A stretch of DNA of 64,000 nucleotides. Origin: the human T2T-CHM13v2.0 reference genome, Homo sapiens. The DNA is taken from assembly GCF_009914755.1 (NCBI RefSeq), contig NC_060946.1; one strand, written 5' to 3'. This document shows positions 41,256 through 56,200 of the stretch, piece by piece. The notes beneath the pieces were generated by a model, which was not told the DNA's origin, did no database searches, and saw only the letters and a list, made by a program, of their open reading frames with translations. Positions within the stretch are counted from its first letter, which is position 1, and each line of letters opens with the position of its first letter. Position numbers and translations under genes: made by a program.

Positions 41256-44200
41256 ATTTGAAGATATTTCCTTTCTCACCATAGACCTGAAAGCTGTCCT
41301 AATGTTCACTTCCAGATACTACAGAAAGAGTGTTTCAAAACTGCTGTACGAAAGGGAATGTTCAACTCTGTGACTTGAATGCACACATCACAAAGAAGTT
41401 TCTGAGGATGCTGCTGTCTACTTTTTATACGTAATCCCGTTTCCAACGAAATCCTCCAAGCTATCCAAATATCCACTTGCAGATTCCACAGAAAGACTGT
41501 TTCAAAACTGCTCTGTCAATAGAAAGGTTCAACTCTGTTAGCTGCGTGCATATATCCCAAAGAAGATTCTGAGATTGCTTCTGTCTACTTTTTATGAGAA
41601 GATATTTCCCTTTTCACCGTAGGCGTCAAGGCGCTCCAAATGTCCACTTCCAGATACTACAAAAAGAGTGTTTCAAACCTACTCTGTGAAAGGGAATATT
41701 CAACTCTGTGACTTGAATGCACATATCACAAAGAAGTTTCTGAGAATGCTTCTGTCGAGATTTTCTATGAAGATATTCCCGTTTCCAACGAAATCCTGAA
41801 ATCTATCCAAATATCCCCTCGCAGATTCTACAAAAAGAGTGTTTCAAAACTGCTGTGTAAAAAGAAAGGTTCAACTCTGTTAGTTGAGTACACACATCAC
41901 AGTTTCACAGAATGCTTCTTTCTTGCTTGTAGGGGAAGATATTCCCTTTATCACCATGGGCCTCAAACCGTCCGAAACGTCTACTTCCATATACTACAAA
42001 AAGAGCGTTTCAAACCTGCTCTATGAAAAGCAATGTTCAACTCTGTGACTTGAATGCAGACATCACAGAGCAGTTTCTGAGAATGCTTCTGTCTAGATTT
42101 TATAGGAAGATATTCCCGTTTCCAACGAAATCTTCACAGCTATCCAAATATCCACTTGCAGATTCTACAAAAAGAGTGTATCAAAACTGCTCTGTCAAAA
42201 GGAAGGTTCTTCTCTGTTAGTTGAGTACATACTTCATAAAGGAGTTTCTGAGAATGTTTCTGTCTAGTCGTTATGGGAAGATATTTGCTTTTTCACCGTA
42301 GGCCTCAGAGCGCTCCAAATATCCCCTTGCACATACTACAAAAAGAGTGCTTCAGAGCTGCTCTCTGAAAGGGAATGTTCAACTCTATGAGTTGAATGCA
42401 AACATCACAAAGACGTTTCTGAGAATGCTTCTGTCTAGATTTGATATGAAGATATTCCCGTTTCCAACGAAATCTTCAAATCTATCCAAATGTCCACTTG
42501 CAGATTCAACAAAAACTGTTTTTCAGAACTGCTCTATCAAAAGAAAGATCCACCTCTGTTAGCTGAGTTCACACATCACAAACAAGTTTATGAGAATGCT
42601 TCTGTCTAGTTTTTATTTGAAGATATTTCCTTTCTCACCATAGACCTGAAAGCTGTCCTAATGTTCACTTCCAGATACTACAGAAAGAGTGTTTCAAAAC
42701 TGCTGTACGAAAGGGAATGTTCAACTCTGTGACTTGAATGCACACATCACAAAGAAGTTTCTGAGGATGCTGCTGTCTACTTTTTATACGTAATCCCGTT
42801 TCCAACGAAATCCTCCAAGCTATCCAAATATCCACTTGCAGATTCCACAGAAAGACTGTTTCAAAACTGCTCTGTCAATAGAAAGGTTCAACTCTGTTAG
42901 CTGCGTGCATATATCCCAAAGAAGATTCTGAGATTGCTTCTGTCTAGTTTTTATGGGAAGATATTTCCCTTTTCACCGTAGGTGTCAAGGCGCTCCAAAT
43001 GTCCACTTCCAGATACTACAAAAAGAGTGTTTCAAACCTACTCTGTGAAAGGGAATATTCAACTCTGTGACTTGAATGCAGATATGACAAAGAAGTTTCT
43101 GAGAATGCTTCTGTCGAGATTTTATATGAAGATATTCCCGTTTCCAACGAAATCCTGAAATCTATCCAAATATCCCCTCGCAGATTCTACAAAAAGAGTG
43201 TTTCAAAACTGCTCTGTAAAAAGAAAGGTTCAACTCTGTTAGTTGAGTACACACATCACAAACAAGTTTCACAGAATGCTTCTTTCTAGCTTGTAGGGGA
43301 AGATATTCCCTTTATCACCATGGGCCTCAAACCGTCCGAAACGTCTACTTCCATATACTACAAAAAGAGTGTTTCAAACCTACTCTATGAAAGGCAATGT
43401 TCAACTCTGTGACTTGAATGCAGACATCACAGAGCAGTTTCTGAGAATGCTTCTGTCTGGATTTTATAGGAAGATATTCCCGTTTCCAACGAAATCTTCA
43501 CAGCTATCCAAATATCCACTTGCAGATTCTACAAAAAGAGTGTATCAAAACTGCTCTGTCAAAAGGAAGGTTCTTCTCTGTTAGTTGAGTACATACGTCA
43601 TAAAGGAGTTTCTGAGAATGTTTCTGTCTAGTGGTTATGGGAAGATATTTGCTTTTTGACCTTAGGCCTCAGAGCGCTCCAAATATCCCCTTGCACATAC
43701 TACAAAAAGAGTGCTTCAAAACTGCTCTCTGAAAGGGAATGTTCAACTCTATGAGTTGAATGCAAACATCACAAAGACGTTTCTGAGAATGCTTCTGTCT
43801 AGATTTGATATGAAGATATTCCCGTTTCCAACGAAATCTTCATATCTATCCAAATGTCCACTTGCAGATTCAACAAAAAGTGTTTTTCAAAACTGCTGTA
43901 TCAAAAGAAAGATCCACGTCTGTTAGCTGAGTTCACACATCACAAACAAGATTATGAGAATGCTTCTGTCTAGTTTTTATTTGAAGATATTTCCTTTCTC
44001 ACCATAGACCTGAAAGCTGTCCTATTGTTCACTTCAGATACTACAGAAAGAGTGTTTCAAAACTGCTGTACGAAAGGGAATGTTCAACTCTGTGACTTGA
44101 ATGCACACATCACAAAGAAGTTTCTGAGGATGCTGCTGTCTACTTTTTATACGTAATCCCGTTTCCAACGAAATCCTCCAAGCTATCCAAATATCCACTT

Positions 44201-47200
44201 GCAGATTCCACAGAAAGACTGTTTCAAAACTGCTCTGTCAATAGAAAGGTTCAACTCTGTTAGCTGCGTGCATATATCCCAAAGAAGATTCTGAGATTGC
44301 TTCTGTCTACTTTTTATGAGAAGATATTTCCCTTTTCACCGTAGGCGTCAAGGCGCTCCAAATGTCCACTTCCAGATACTAGAAAAAGAGTGTTTCAAAC
44401 CTACTCTGTGAAAGGGAATATTCAACTCTGTGACTTGAATGCACATATCACAAAGAAGCTTCTGAGAATGCTTCTGTCGAGATTTTATATAAAGATATTC
44501 CGGTTTCCAACAAAATCCTGAAATCTATCCAAATATCCCCTCGCAGATTCTACAAAAAGAGTGTTTCAAAACTGCTCTGTAAAAAGAAAGGTTCAACTCT
44601 GTTAGTTGAGTACACACATCACAAACAAGTTTCACAGAATGCTTCTTTCTAGCTTGTAGGGGAAGATATTCCCTTTATCACCATGGGCCTCAAACCGTCC
44701 GAAACGTCCACTTCCATATACTACAAAAAGAGCGTTTCAAAACTGCTCTAGGAAAGGCAATGTTCAACTCTGTGACTTGAATGCAGACATCACAGAGCAG
44801 TTTCTGAGAATGCTTCTGTCTAGATTTTATAGGAAGATATTCCCGTTTCCAACGAAATCTTCACAGCTATCCAAATATCCACTTGCAGATTCTACAAAAA
44901 GAGTGTATCAAAACTGCTCTGTCAAAAGGAAGGTTCTTCTCTGTTAGGTGAGTGCATACGTCATAAAGGAGTTTCTGAGAATGTTTCTGTCTAGTGGTTA
45001 TGGGAAGATATTTGCTTTTTCACCGTAGGCCTCAGAGCGCTCCAAATATCCACTTGCACATACAACAAAAAGAGTGCCTCAAAGCTGCTCTTTGAAACGG
45101 AATGTTCAACTCTATGAGTTGAATGCAAACATCACAAAGACGTTTCTGAGAATGCTTCTGTCTAGATTTGATATGAAGATATTCCCGTTTCCAACGACAT
45201 CTTCAAATCTATCCAAATGTCCACTTGCAGATTCAACAAAACGTGTTTTTCAGAACTGCTCTATCAAAAGAAAGATCCACCTCTGTTAGCTGAGTTCACA
45301 CATCACAAACAAGTTTATGAGAATGCTTCTGTCTAGTTTTTATTTGAAGATATTTCCTTTCTCACCATAGACCTGAAAGCTGTCCTAATGTTCACTTCCA
45401 GATACTACAGAAAGAGTGTTTCAAAACTGCTGTACGAAAGGGAATGTTCAACTCTGTGACTTGAATGCACACATCACAAAGAAGTTTCTGAGGATGCTGC
45501 TGTCTACTTTTTATATGTAATCCCGTTTCCAACGAAATCCTCCAAGCTATCCAAATATCCACTTGCAGATTCCACAGAAAGACTGTTTCAAAACTGCTCT
45601 GTCAATAGAACGGTTCAACTCTGTTAGCTGCGTGCATATATCCCAAAGAAGATTCTGAGATTGCTTCTGTCTAGTTTTTATGGGAAGATATTTCCCTTTT
45701 CACCGTAGGCGTCAAGGCGCTCCAAATGTCCACTTCCAGATACTACAAAAAGAGTGTTTCAAACCTACTCTGTGAAAGCGAATATTCAACTCTGTGACTT
45801 GAATGCACATATCACAAAGAAGTTTCTGAGAATGCTTCTGTCGAGATTTTCTATGAAGATATTCCCGTTTCCAACGAAATCCTGAAATCTATCCAAATAT
45901 CCCCTCGCAGATTCTACAAAAAGAGTGTTTCAAAACTGCTCTGTAAAAAGAAAGGTTCAACTCTGTTAGTTGAGTACACACATCACAAACAAGTTTCACA
46001 GAATGCTTCTTTCTAGCTTGTAGGGGAAGATATTCCCTTTATCACCATGGGCCTCAAACCGTCCGAAACGTCCACTTCCATATACTACAAAAAGAGCGTT
46101 TCAAACCTGCTCTAGGAAAGGCAATGTTCAACTCTGTGACTTGAATGCAAACATCACAGAGCAGTTTCTGAGAATGCTTCTGTCTAGATTTTATAGGAAG
46201 ATATTCCCGTTTCCAACGAAATCTTCACAGCTATCCAAGTATCCACTTGCAGATTCTACAAAAAGAGTGTATCAAAACTGCTCTGTCAAAAGGAAGGTTC
46301 TTCTCTGTTAGGTGAGTGCATACGTCATAAAGGAGTTTCTGAGAATGTTTCTGTCTTGTGGTTATGGGAAGATATTTGCTTTTTCACCGTAGGCCTCAGA
46401 GCGCTCCAAATATCCACTTGCACATACTACAAAAAGAGTGCCTCAAAGCTGCTCTTTGAAACGGAATGTTCAACTCTATGAGTTGAATGCAAACATCACA
46501 AAGACGTTTCTGAGAATGCTTCTGTCTAGATTTGATATGAAGATATTCCCGTTTCCAAAGAAATCTTGAAATCTATCCAAATGTCCACTTGCAGATTCAA
46601 CAAAAAGTGTTTTTCAGAACTGCTCTATGAAAAGAAAGATCCACCTCTGTTAGCTGAGTTCACACATCACAAACAAGTTTATGAGAATGCTTCTGTCTAG
46701 TTTTTATTTGAAGATATTTCCTTTCTCACCATAGACCTGAAAGCTGTCCTAATGTTCACTTCCAGATACTACAGAAAGAGTGTTTCAAAACTGCTGTACG
46801 AAAGGGAATGTTCAACTCTGTGACTTGAATGCACACATCACACAGAAGTTTCTGAGGATGCTGCTGTCTACTTTTTATACGTAATCCCGTTTCCAACGAA
46901 ATCCTCCAAGCTATCCAAATATCCACTTGCAGATTCCACAGAAAGACTGTTTCAAAACTGCTCTGTCAATAGAACGGTTCAACTCTGTTAGCTGCGTGCA
47001 TATATCCCAAAGAAGATTCTGAGATTGCTTCTGTCTAGTTTTTATGGGAAGATATTTCCCTTTTCACCGTAGGCGTCAAGGCGCTCCAAATGTCCACTTC
47101 CAGATACTACAAAAAGAGTGTTTCAAACCTACTCTGTGAAAGCGAATATTCAACTCTGTGACTTGAATGCACATATCACAAAGAAGTTTCTGAGAATGCT

Positions 47201-50200
47201 TCTGTCGAGATTTTATATGAAGATATTCCCGTTTCCAAAGAAATCCTGAAATCTATCCAAATATCCCCTCGCAGATTCTACAAAAAGAGTGTTTCAAAAC
47301 TGCTCTGTAAAAAGAAAGGTTCAACTCTGTTAGTTGAGTACACACATCACAAACAAGTTTCACAGAATGCTTCTTTCTAGCTTGTAGGGGAAGATATTCC
47401 CTTTATCACCATGGGCCTCCAACCGTCCGAAACGTCCACTTCCATATACTACAAAAAGAGCGTTTCAAACCTGCTCTAGGAAAGGCAATGTTCAACTCTG
47501 TGACTTGAATGCAGACATCACAGAGCAGTTTCTGAGAATGCTTCTGTCTAGATTTTATAGGAAGATATTCCCGTTTCCAACGAAATCTTCACAGGTATCC
47601 AAATATCCACTTGCAGATTCTACAAAAAGAGTGTATCAAAACTGCTCTGTCAAAAGGAAGGTTCTTCTCTGTTAGGTGAGTGCATACGTCATAAAGGAGT
47701 TTCTGAGAATGGTTCTGTCTAGTGGTTATGGGAAGATATTTGCTTTTTCACCGTAGGCCTCAGAGCGCTCCAAATATCCACTTGCACATACTACAAAAAG
47801 AGTGCTTCAAAGCTGCTCTCTGAAACGGAATGTTCAACTCTATGAGTTGAATGCAAACATCACAAAGACGTTTCTGAGAATGCTTCTGTCTAGATTTGAT
47901 ATGAAGTTATTCCCGTTTCCAACGAAATCTTCAAATCTATCCAAATGTCCACTTGCAGATTCAACAAAAAGTGTTTTTCAGAACTGCTCTATCAAAAGAA
48001 AGATCCACCTCTGTTAGCTGAGTTCACACATCACAAACAAGTTTATGAGAATGCTTCTGTCTAGTTTTTATTTGAAGATATTTCCTTTCTCACCATAGAC
48101 CTGAAAGCTGTCCTAATGTTCACTTCCAGATACTACAGAAAGAGTGTTTCAAAACTGCTGTATGAAAGGGAATGTTCAACTCTGTGACTTGAATGCACAC
48201 ATCACAAAGAAGTTTCTGAGGATGCTGCTGACTACTTTTTATACGTAATCCCGTTTCCAACGAAATCCTCCAAGCTATCCAAATATCCACTTGCAGATTC
48301 CACAGAAAGACTGTTTCAAAACTGCTCTGTCAATAGAAAGGTTCAACTCTGTTAGCTGCGTGCATATATCCCAAAGAAGATTCTGAGATTGCTTCTGTCT
48401 AGTTTTTATGGGAAGATATTTCCCTTTTCACCGTAGGCGTCAAGGCGCTCCAAATGTCTACTTCCAGATATTACAAAAAGAGTGCTTCAAACCTTCTCTG
48501 TGAAAGGGAATATTCAACTCTGTGACTTGAATGCACATATCACAAAGAAGTTTCTGAGAATGCTTCTGTCGAGATTTTATATGAAGATATTCCCGTTTCC
48601 AACGAAATCCTGAAATGTATCCAAATATCCCCTCGCAGATTCTACAAAAAGAGTGTTTCAAAACTGCTCTGTAAAAAGAAAGGTTCAACTCTGTTAATTG
48701 AGTACACACATCACAAACAAGTTTCACAGAATGCTTCTTTCTAGCTTGTAGGGGAAGATATTCCCTTTATCACCATGGGCCTCAAACCATCCGAAACGTC
48801 CACTTCCATATACTACAAAAAGAGCCTTTCAAACATGCTCTATGAAAGGCAATGTTCAACTCTGTGACTTGAATGCAGACATCACAGAGCAGTTTCTGAG
48901 AATCCTTCTGTCTAGATTTTATAGGAAGATATTCCCGTTTCCAACGAAATCTTCACAGCTATCCAAATATCCACTTGCAGATTCTACAAAAAGAGTGTAT
49001 CAAAACTGCTCTGTCAAAAGGAAGGTTCTTCTCTGTTAGGTGAGTGCATACGTCATAAAGGAGTTTCTGAGAATGGTTCTGTCTAGTGGTTATGGGAAGA
49101 TATTTGCTTTTTCCCCGTAGGCCTCAGGGCGCTCCAAATGTCCACTTGCACATACTACAAAAAGAGTGCTTCAAAGTTGCTCTCTGAAACGGAAAGTTCA
49201 ACTCTATGAGTTGAATGCAAACATCACAAAGACGTTTCTGAGAATGCTTCTGTCTAGATTTGATATGAAGATATTCCCGTTTCCAACGAAATCTTCAAAT
49301 GTATCCAAATGTCCACTTGCAGATTCAACAAAAAGTGTTTTTCAAAACTGCTGTATCAAAGGAAAGAACCACGTCTGTTAGCTGAGTTCACACATCACAA
49401 ACAAGTTTATGAGAATGCTTCTGTCTAGTTTTTATTTGAAGATATTTCCTTTCTCACCATAGAGCTGAAAGCTGTCCTAATGTTCACTTCCAGATACTAC
49501 AGAAAGAGTGTTTCAAAACTGCTGTACGAAAGGGAATGTTCAACTCTGTGACTTGAATGCACACATCACAAAGAAGTTTCTGAGGATGCTGCTGTCTACT
49601 TTTTATACGTAATCCTGTTTCCAACGAAATCCTCCAAGCTATCCAAATATCCACTTGCAGATTCCACAGAAAGACTGTTTCAAAACTGCTCTGTCAATAG
49701 AAAGGTTCAACTCTGTTAGCTGCGTGCATATATCCCAAAGAAGATTCTGAGATTGCTTCTGTCTAGTTTTTATGGGAAGATATTTCCCTTTTCACCGTAG
49801 GCGTCAAGACGCTCCAAATGTCCACTTCCAGATACTACAAAAAGAGTGTTTCAAACCTTCTCTGTGAAAGGGAACATTCAAATCTGTGACTTGAATGCAC
49901 ATATCACAAAGAAGTTTCTGAGAATGCTTCTGTCGAGATTTTATATGAAGATATTCCCGTTTCCAACGAAATCCTGAAATCTATCCAAATATCCCCTCGC
50001 AGATTCTACAAAAAGAGTGTTTCAAAACTGCTCTGTAAAAAGAAAGGTTCAACTCTGTTAGCTGAGTACACACATCACAAACAAGTTTCACAGAATGCTT
50101 CTTTCTAGCTTGTAGGGGAAGATACTCCCTTTATCACCATGCGCCTCAAACCGTCCGAAACGTCCACTTCCATATACTACAAAAAGAGCGTTTCAAACCT

Positions 50201-53200
50201 GCTCTAGGAAAGGCAATGTTCAACTCTGTGACTTGAATGCAGACATCACAGAGCAGTTTCTGAGAATGCTTCTGTCTCGATTTTATAGGAAGATATTCCC
50301 GTTTCCAACGAAATCTTCACAGCTATCCTAATATCCACTTGCAGATTCTACAAAAAGAGTGTATCCAAACTACTCTGTCAAAAGGAAGGTTCTTCTCTGT
50401 TAGGTGAGTGCATACGTCATAAAGGAGTTTCTGAGAATGTTTCTGTCTAGTGGTCATGGGAAGATATTTGCTTTTTCACCGTAGGCCTCAGAGCGCTCCA
50501 AATATCCACTTGCACATACTACAAAAAGAGTGCCTCAAACCTGCTCTCTGAAACGGAATGTTCAACTCTATGAGTTGAATGCAAACATCACAAAGACGTT
50601 TCTGAGAATGCTTCTGTCTAGATTTGATATGAAGATATTCCCGTTTCCAACGAAATCTTCAAATCTATCCAAATGTCCACATGCAGATTCAACAAAAAGT
50701 GTTTTTCAGAACTGCTCTATCAAAAGAAAGATCCACGTTCGTTAGCTGTGTTCACACATCACAAACAAGTTTATGAGAATGCTTCTGTCTAGTTTTTATT
50801 TGAAGATATTTCCTTTCTCACCATAGACCTGAAAGCTGTCCTAATGTTCACTTCCAGATACTACAGAAAGAGTGTTTCAAAACTGCTGTACGAAAGGGAA
50901 TGTTCAACTCTGTGACTTGAATGCACACATCACAAAGAAGTTTCTGAGGATGCTGCTGTCTACTTTTTATACGTAATCCCGTTTCCAACGAAATCCTCCA
51001 AGCTATCCAAATATCCACTTGCAGATTCCACAGAAAGACTGTTTCAAAACTGCTCTGTCAATAGAAAGGTTCAACTCTGTTAGCTGCGTGCATATATCCC
51101 AAAGAAGATTCTGAGATTGCTTCTGTCTAGTTTTTATGGGAAGATATTTCCCTTTTCACCGTAGGCGTCAAGGCGCTCCAAATGTCCACTTCCAGATACT
51201 ACAAAAAGAGTGTTTCAAACCTACTCTGTGAAAGCGAACATTCAACTCTGTGACTTGAATGCACATGTCACAAAGAAGTTTCTGAGAATGCTTCTGTCGA
51301 GATTTTATATGAAGATATTCCCGTTTCCAACGAAATCCTGAAATCTATCCAAATATCCCCTCGCAGATTCTACAAAAAGAGTGTTTCAAAACTGCTCTGT
51401 AAAAAGAAAGGTTCAACTCTGTTAGTTGAGTACACACATGACAAACAAGTTTCACAGAATGCTTCTTTCTAGCTTGTAGGGGAAGATATTCCCTTTATCA
51501 CCATGGTCCTCAAACCGTCCGAAACGTCCACTTCCATATACTACAAAAAGAGCGTTTCAAACCTGCTCTAGGAAAGGCAATGTTCAACCCTGTGACTTGA
51601 ATGCAGACATCACAGAGCAGTTTCTGAGAATGCTTCTGTCTAGATTTTAGACGAAGATATTCCCGTTTCCAACGAAATCTTCACAGCTATCCAAATATCC
51701 ACTTGCAGATTCTACAAAAAGAGTGTATCAAAACTGCTCTGTCAAAAGGAAGGTTCTTCTCTGTTAGGTGAGTGCATACGTCATAAAGGAGTTTCTGAGA
51801 ATGTTTCTGTCTAGTGGTTATGGGTAGATATTTGCTTTTTCACCGTAGGCCTCAGGGCGCTCCAAATGTCCACTTGCACATGCTACAAAAAGAGTGCTTC
51901 AAAGCTGCTCTCTGGAAGGGAATGTTCAACTCTATGAGTTGAATGCAAACATCACAAAGACGTTTCTGAGAATGCTTCTGTCTAGATTTGATATGAAGAT
52001 ATTCCCGTTTCCAACGAAATCTTCAAATCTATCCAAATGTCCACTTGCAGATTCAACAAAAAGTGTTTTTCAGAACTGCTCTATCAAAAGAAAGATCCAC
52101 CTCTGTTAGCTGAGTTCACACATCACAAACAAGTTTATGAGAATGCTTCTGTCTAGTTTTTATTTGAAGATATTTCCTTTCTCACCATAGACCTGAAAGC
52201 TGTCCTAATGTTCACTTCCAGATACTACAGAAAGAGTGTTTCAAAACTGCTGTACGAAAGGGAATGTTCAACTCTGTGACTTGAATGCACACATCACAAA
52301 GAAGTTTCTGAGGATGCTGCTGTCTTCTTTTTATACGTAATCCCGTTTCCAACGAAATCCTCCAAGCTATCCAAATATCCACTTGCAGATTCCACAGAAA
52401 GACTGTTTCAAAACTGCTCTGTCAATAGAAAGGTTCAACTCTGTTAGCTGCGTGCATATATCCCAAAGAAGATTCTGAGATTGCTTCTGTCTAGTTTTTA
52501 TGGGAAGATATTTCCCTTTTCACCGTAGGCGTCAAGGCGCTCCAAATGTCCACTTCCAGATACTACAAAAAGAGTGTTTCAAACCTACTCTGTGAAAGCG
52601 AATATTCAACTCTGTGACTTGAATACACATATCACAAAGAAGTTTCTGAGAATGCTTCTGTCGAGATTTTATATGAAGATATTCCCGTTTCCAAAGAAAT
52701 CCTGAAATCTATCCAAATATCCCCTCACAGATTCTACAAAAAGAGTGTTTCAAAACTGCTCTGTAAAAAGAAAGGTTCAACTCTGTTAGTTGAGTACACA
52801 CATCACAAACAAGTTTCACAGAATGCTTCTTTCTAGCTTGTAGGGGAAGATATTCCCTTTATCACCATGGGCCTCCAACCGTCCGAAACGTCCACTTCCA
52901 TATACTACAAAAAGAGCGTTTCAAACCTGCTCTAGGAAAGGCAATGTTCAACTCTGTGACTTGAATGCAGACATCACAGAGCAGTTTCTGAGAATGCTTC
53001 TGTCTAGATTTTATAGGAAGATATTCCCGTTTCCAACGAAATCTTCACAGCTATCCAAATATCCACTTGCAGATTCTACAAAAAGAGTGTATCAAAACTG
53101 CTCTGTCAAAAGGAAGGTTCTTCTCTGTTAGGTGAGTGCATACGTCATAAAGGAGTTTCTGAGAATGTTTCTGTCTAGTGGTTATGGGAAGATATTTGCT

Positions 53201-56200
53201 TTTTCGCCGTAGGCCTCAGGGCGCTCCAAATGTCCACTTGCACATGCTACAAAAAGAGTGCTTCAAAGCTGCTCTCTGAAAGGGAATGTTCAACTCTATG
53301 AGTTGAATGCAAACATCACAAAGACGTTTCTGAGAATGCTTCTGTCTAGATTTGATATGAAGATATTCCCGTTTCCAACGAAATCTTCAAATCTATCCAA
53401 ATGTCCACTTGCAGATTCAACAAAAAGTGTTTTTCAAAACTGCTGTATCAAAAGAAAGATCCACGTCTGTTAGCTGAGTTCAGACATCACAAACAAGTTT
53501 ATGAGAATGCTTCTGTCTAGTTTTTATTTGAAGATATTTCCTTTCTCACCATAGACCTGAAAGCTGTCCTAATGTTCACTTCCAGATACTACAGAAAGAG
53601 TGTTTCAAAACTGCTGTACGAAAGGGAATGTTCAACTCTGTGACTTGAATGCACACATCACAAAGAAGTTTCTGAGGATGCTGCTGTGTACTTTATATAC
53701 GTAATCCCGTTTCCAACGAAATCCTCCAAGCTATCCAAATATCCACTTGCAGATTCCACAGAAAGACTGTTTCAAAACTGCTCTGTCAATAGAAAGGTTC
53801 AACTCTGTTAGCTGCGTGCATATATCCCAAAGAAGATTCTGAGATTGCTTCTGTCTAGTTTTTATGGGAAGATGTTTCCCTTTTCACCGTAGGCGTCAAG
53901 GCGCTCCAAATGTCCACTTCCAGATACTACAAAAAGAGTGTTTCAAACCTACTCTGTGAAAGGGAATATTCAACTCTGTGACTTGAATGCAGATATCACA
54001 AAGAAGTTTCTGAGAATGCTTCTGTCGAGATTTTATATGAAGATATTCCCGTTTCCAACGAAATCCTGAAATCTATCCAAATATCCCCTCGCAGATTCTA
54101 CAAAAAGAGTGTTTCAAAACTGCTCTGTAAAAAGAAAGGTTCAACTCTGTTAGTTGAGTACACACATCACAAACAAGTTTCACAGAATGCTTCTTTCTAG
54201 CTTGTAGGGGAAGATATTCCCTTTATCACCATGGGCCTCAAACCGTCCGAAACGTCCACTTCCATATACTACAAAAAGAGCGTTTCAAACATGCTCTATG
54301 AAAGGCAATGTTCAACTCTGTGACTTGAATGCAGACATCACAGAGCAGTTTCTGAGAATGCTTCTGTCTAGATTTTATAGGAAGATATTCCCGTTTCCAA
54401 CGAAATCTTCACAGCTATCCAAATATCCACTTGCAGATTCTACAAAAAGAGTGTATCAAAACTGCTCTGTCAAAAGGAAGGTTCTTCTCTGTTAGGTGAG
54501 TGCATACGTCATAAAGGAGTTTCTGAGAATGTTTCTGTCTAGTGGTTATGGGAAGATATTTCCTTTTTCCCCGTAGGCCTCGGGGCGCTCCAAATGTCCA
54601 CTTGCACATGCTACAAAAAGAGTGCTTCAAAGCTGCTCTCTGAAAGGCAATGTTCAACTCTATGAGTTGAATGCAAACATCACAAAGACGTTTTTGAGAA
54701 TGCTTCTGTCTAGATTTGATATGAAGATATTCCCGTTTCCAACGAAATCTTCAAATCTATCCAAATGTCCACTTGCAGATTCAACAAAAAGTGTTTTTCG
54801 AAACTGCTGTATCAAAAGAAAGATCCACGTCTGTTAGCTGAGTTCACACATCACAAACAAGTTTATGAGAATGCTTCTGTCTAGTTTTTATTTGAAGATA
54901 TTGCCTTTCTCACCATAGACCTGAAAGCTGTCCTAATGTTCACTTCCAGATACTACAGGAAGAGTGTTTCAAAACTGCTGTACGAAAGGGAATGTTCAAC
55001 TCTGTGACTTGAATGCACACATCACAAAGAAGTTTCTGAGGATGCTGCTGTCTACTTTTTATACGTAATCCCGTTTCCAACGAAATCCTCCAAGCTATCC
55101 AAATATCCACTTGCAGATTCCACAGAAAGACTGTTTCAAAACTGCTCTGTCAATAGAAAGGTTCAGCTCTGTTAGCTGCGTGCATATATCCCAAAGAAGA
55201 TTCTGAGATTGCTTCTGTCTAGTTTTTATGGGAAGATATTTCCCTTTTCACCATAGGTGTCAAGGCGCTCCAAATGTCCACTTCCAGATACTACAAAAAG
55301 AGTGTTTCAAACCTACTCTGTGAAAGGGAATATTCAACCCTGTGACTTGAATGCACATATCACAAAGAAGTTTCTGAGAATGCTTCTGTCGAGATTTTAT
55401 ATGAAGATATTCCCGTTTCCAACGAAATCCTGAAATCTACCCAAATATCCCCTCGCAGATTCTACAAAAAGAGTGTTTCAAAACTGCTCTGTAAAAAGAA
55501 AGGTTCAACTCTGTTAGTTGAGTACACACATCACAAACAAGTTTCACAGAATGCTACTTTCTAGCTTGTAGGGGAAGATATTCCCTTTATCACCATGGGC
55601 CTCCAACCGTCCGAAACATCCACTTCCATATACTACAAAAAGAGCGTTTCAAACCTGCTCTATGAAAGGTAATTTTCAACTCTGTGACTTGAATGCAGAC
55701 ATCACAGAGCAGTTTCTGAGAATGCTTCTGTCTAGATTTTATAGGAAGATATTCCCGTTTCCAACGAAATCTTCACAGCTATCCAAATATCCACTTGCAG
55801 ATTCTACAAAAAGAGTGTATCAAAACTGCTCTGTCAAAAGGAAGGTTCTTCTCTGTTAGGTGAGTGCATACGTCATAAAGGAGTTTCTGAGAATGTTTCT
55901 GTCTAGTGGTTATGGGAAGATATTTGCTTTTTCACCGTAGGCCTCAGAGCGCTCCAAATATCCACTTGCACATACTACAAAAAGAGTGCCTCAAAGCTGC
56001 TCTCTGAAACGGAATGTTCAACTCTATGAGTTGAATGCAAACATCACAAAGACGTTTCTGAGAATGCTTCTGTCTAGATTTGATATGAAGATATTCCCGT
56101 TTCCAACGAAATCTTCCAATCTATCCAAATGTCCACTTGCAGATTCAACAAAAAGTGTTTTTCAGAACTGCTCTATCAAAAGAAAGATCCACCTCTGTTA

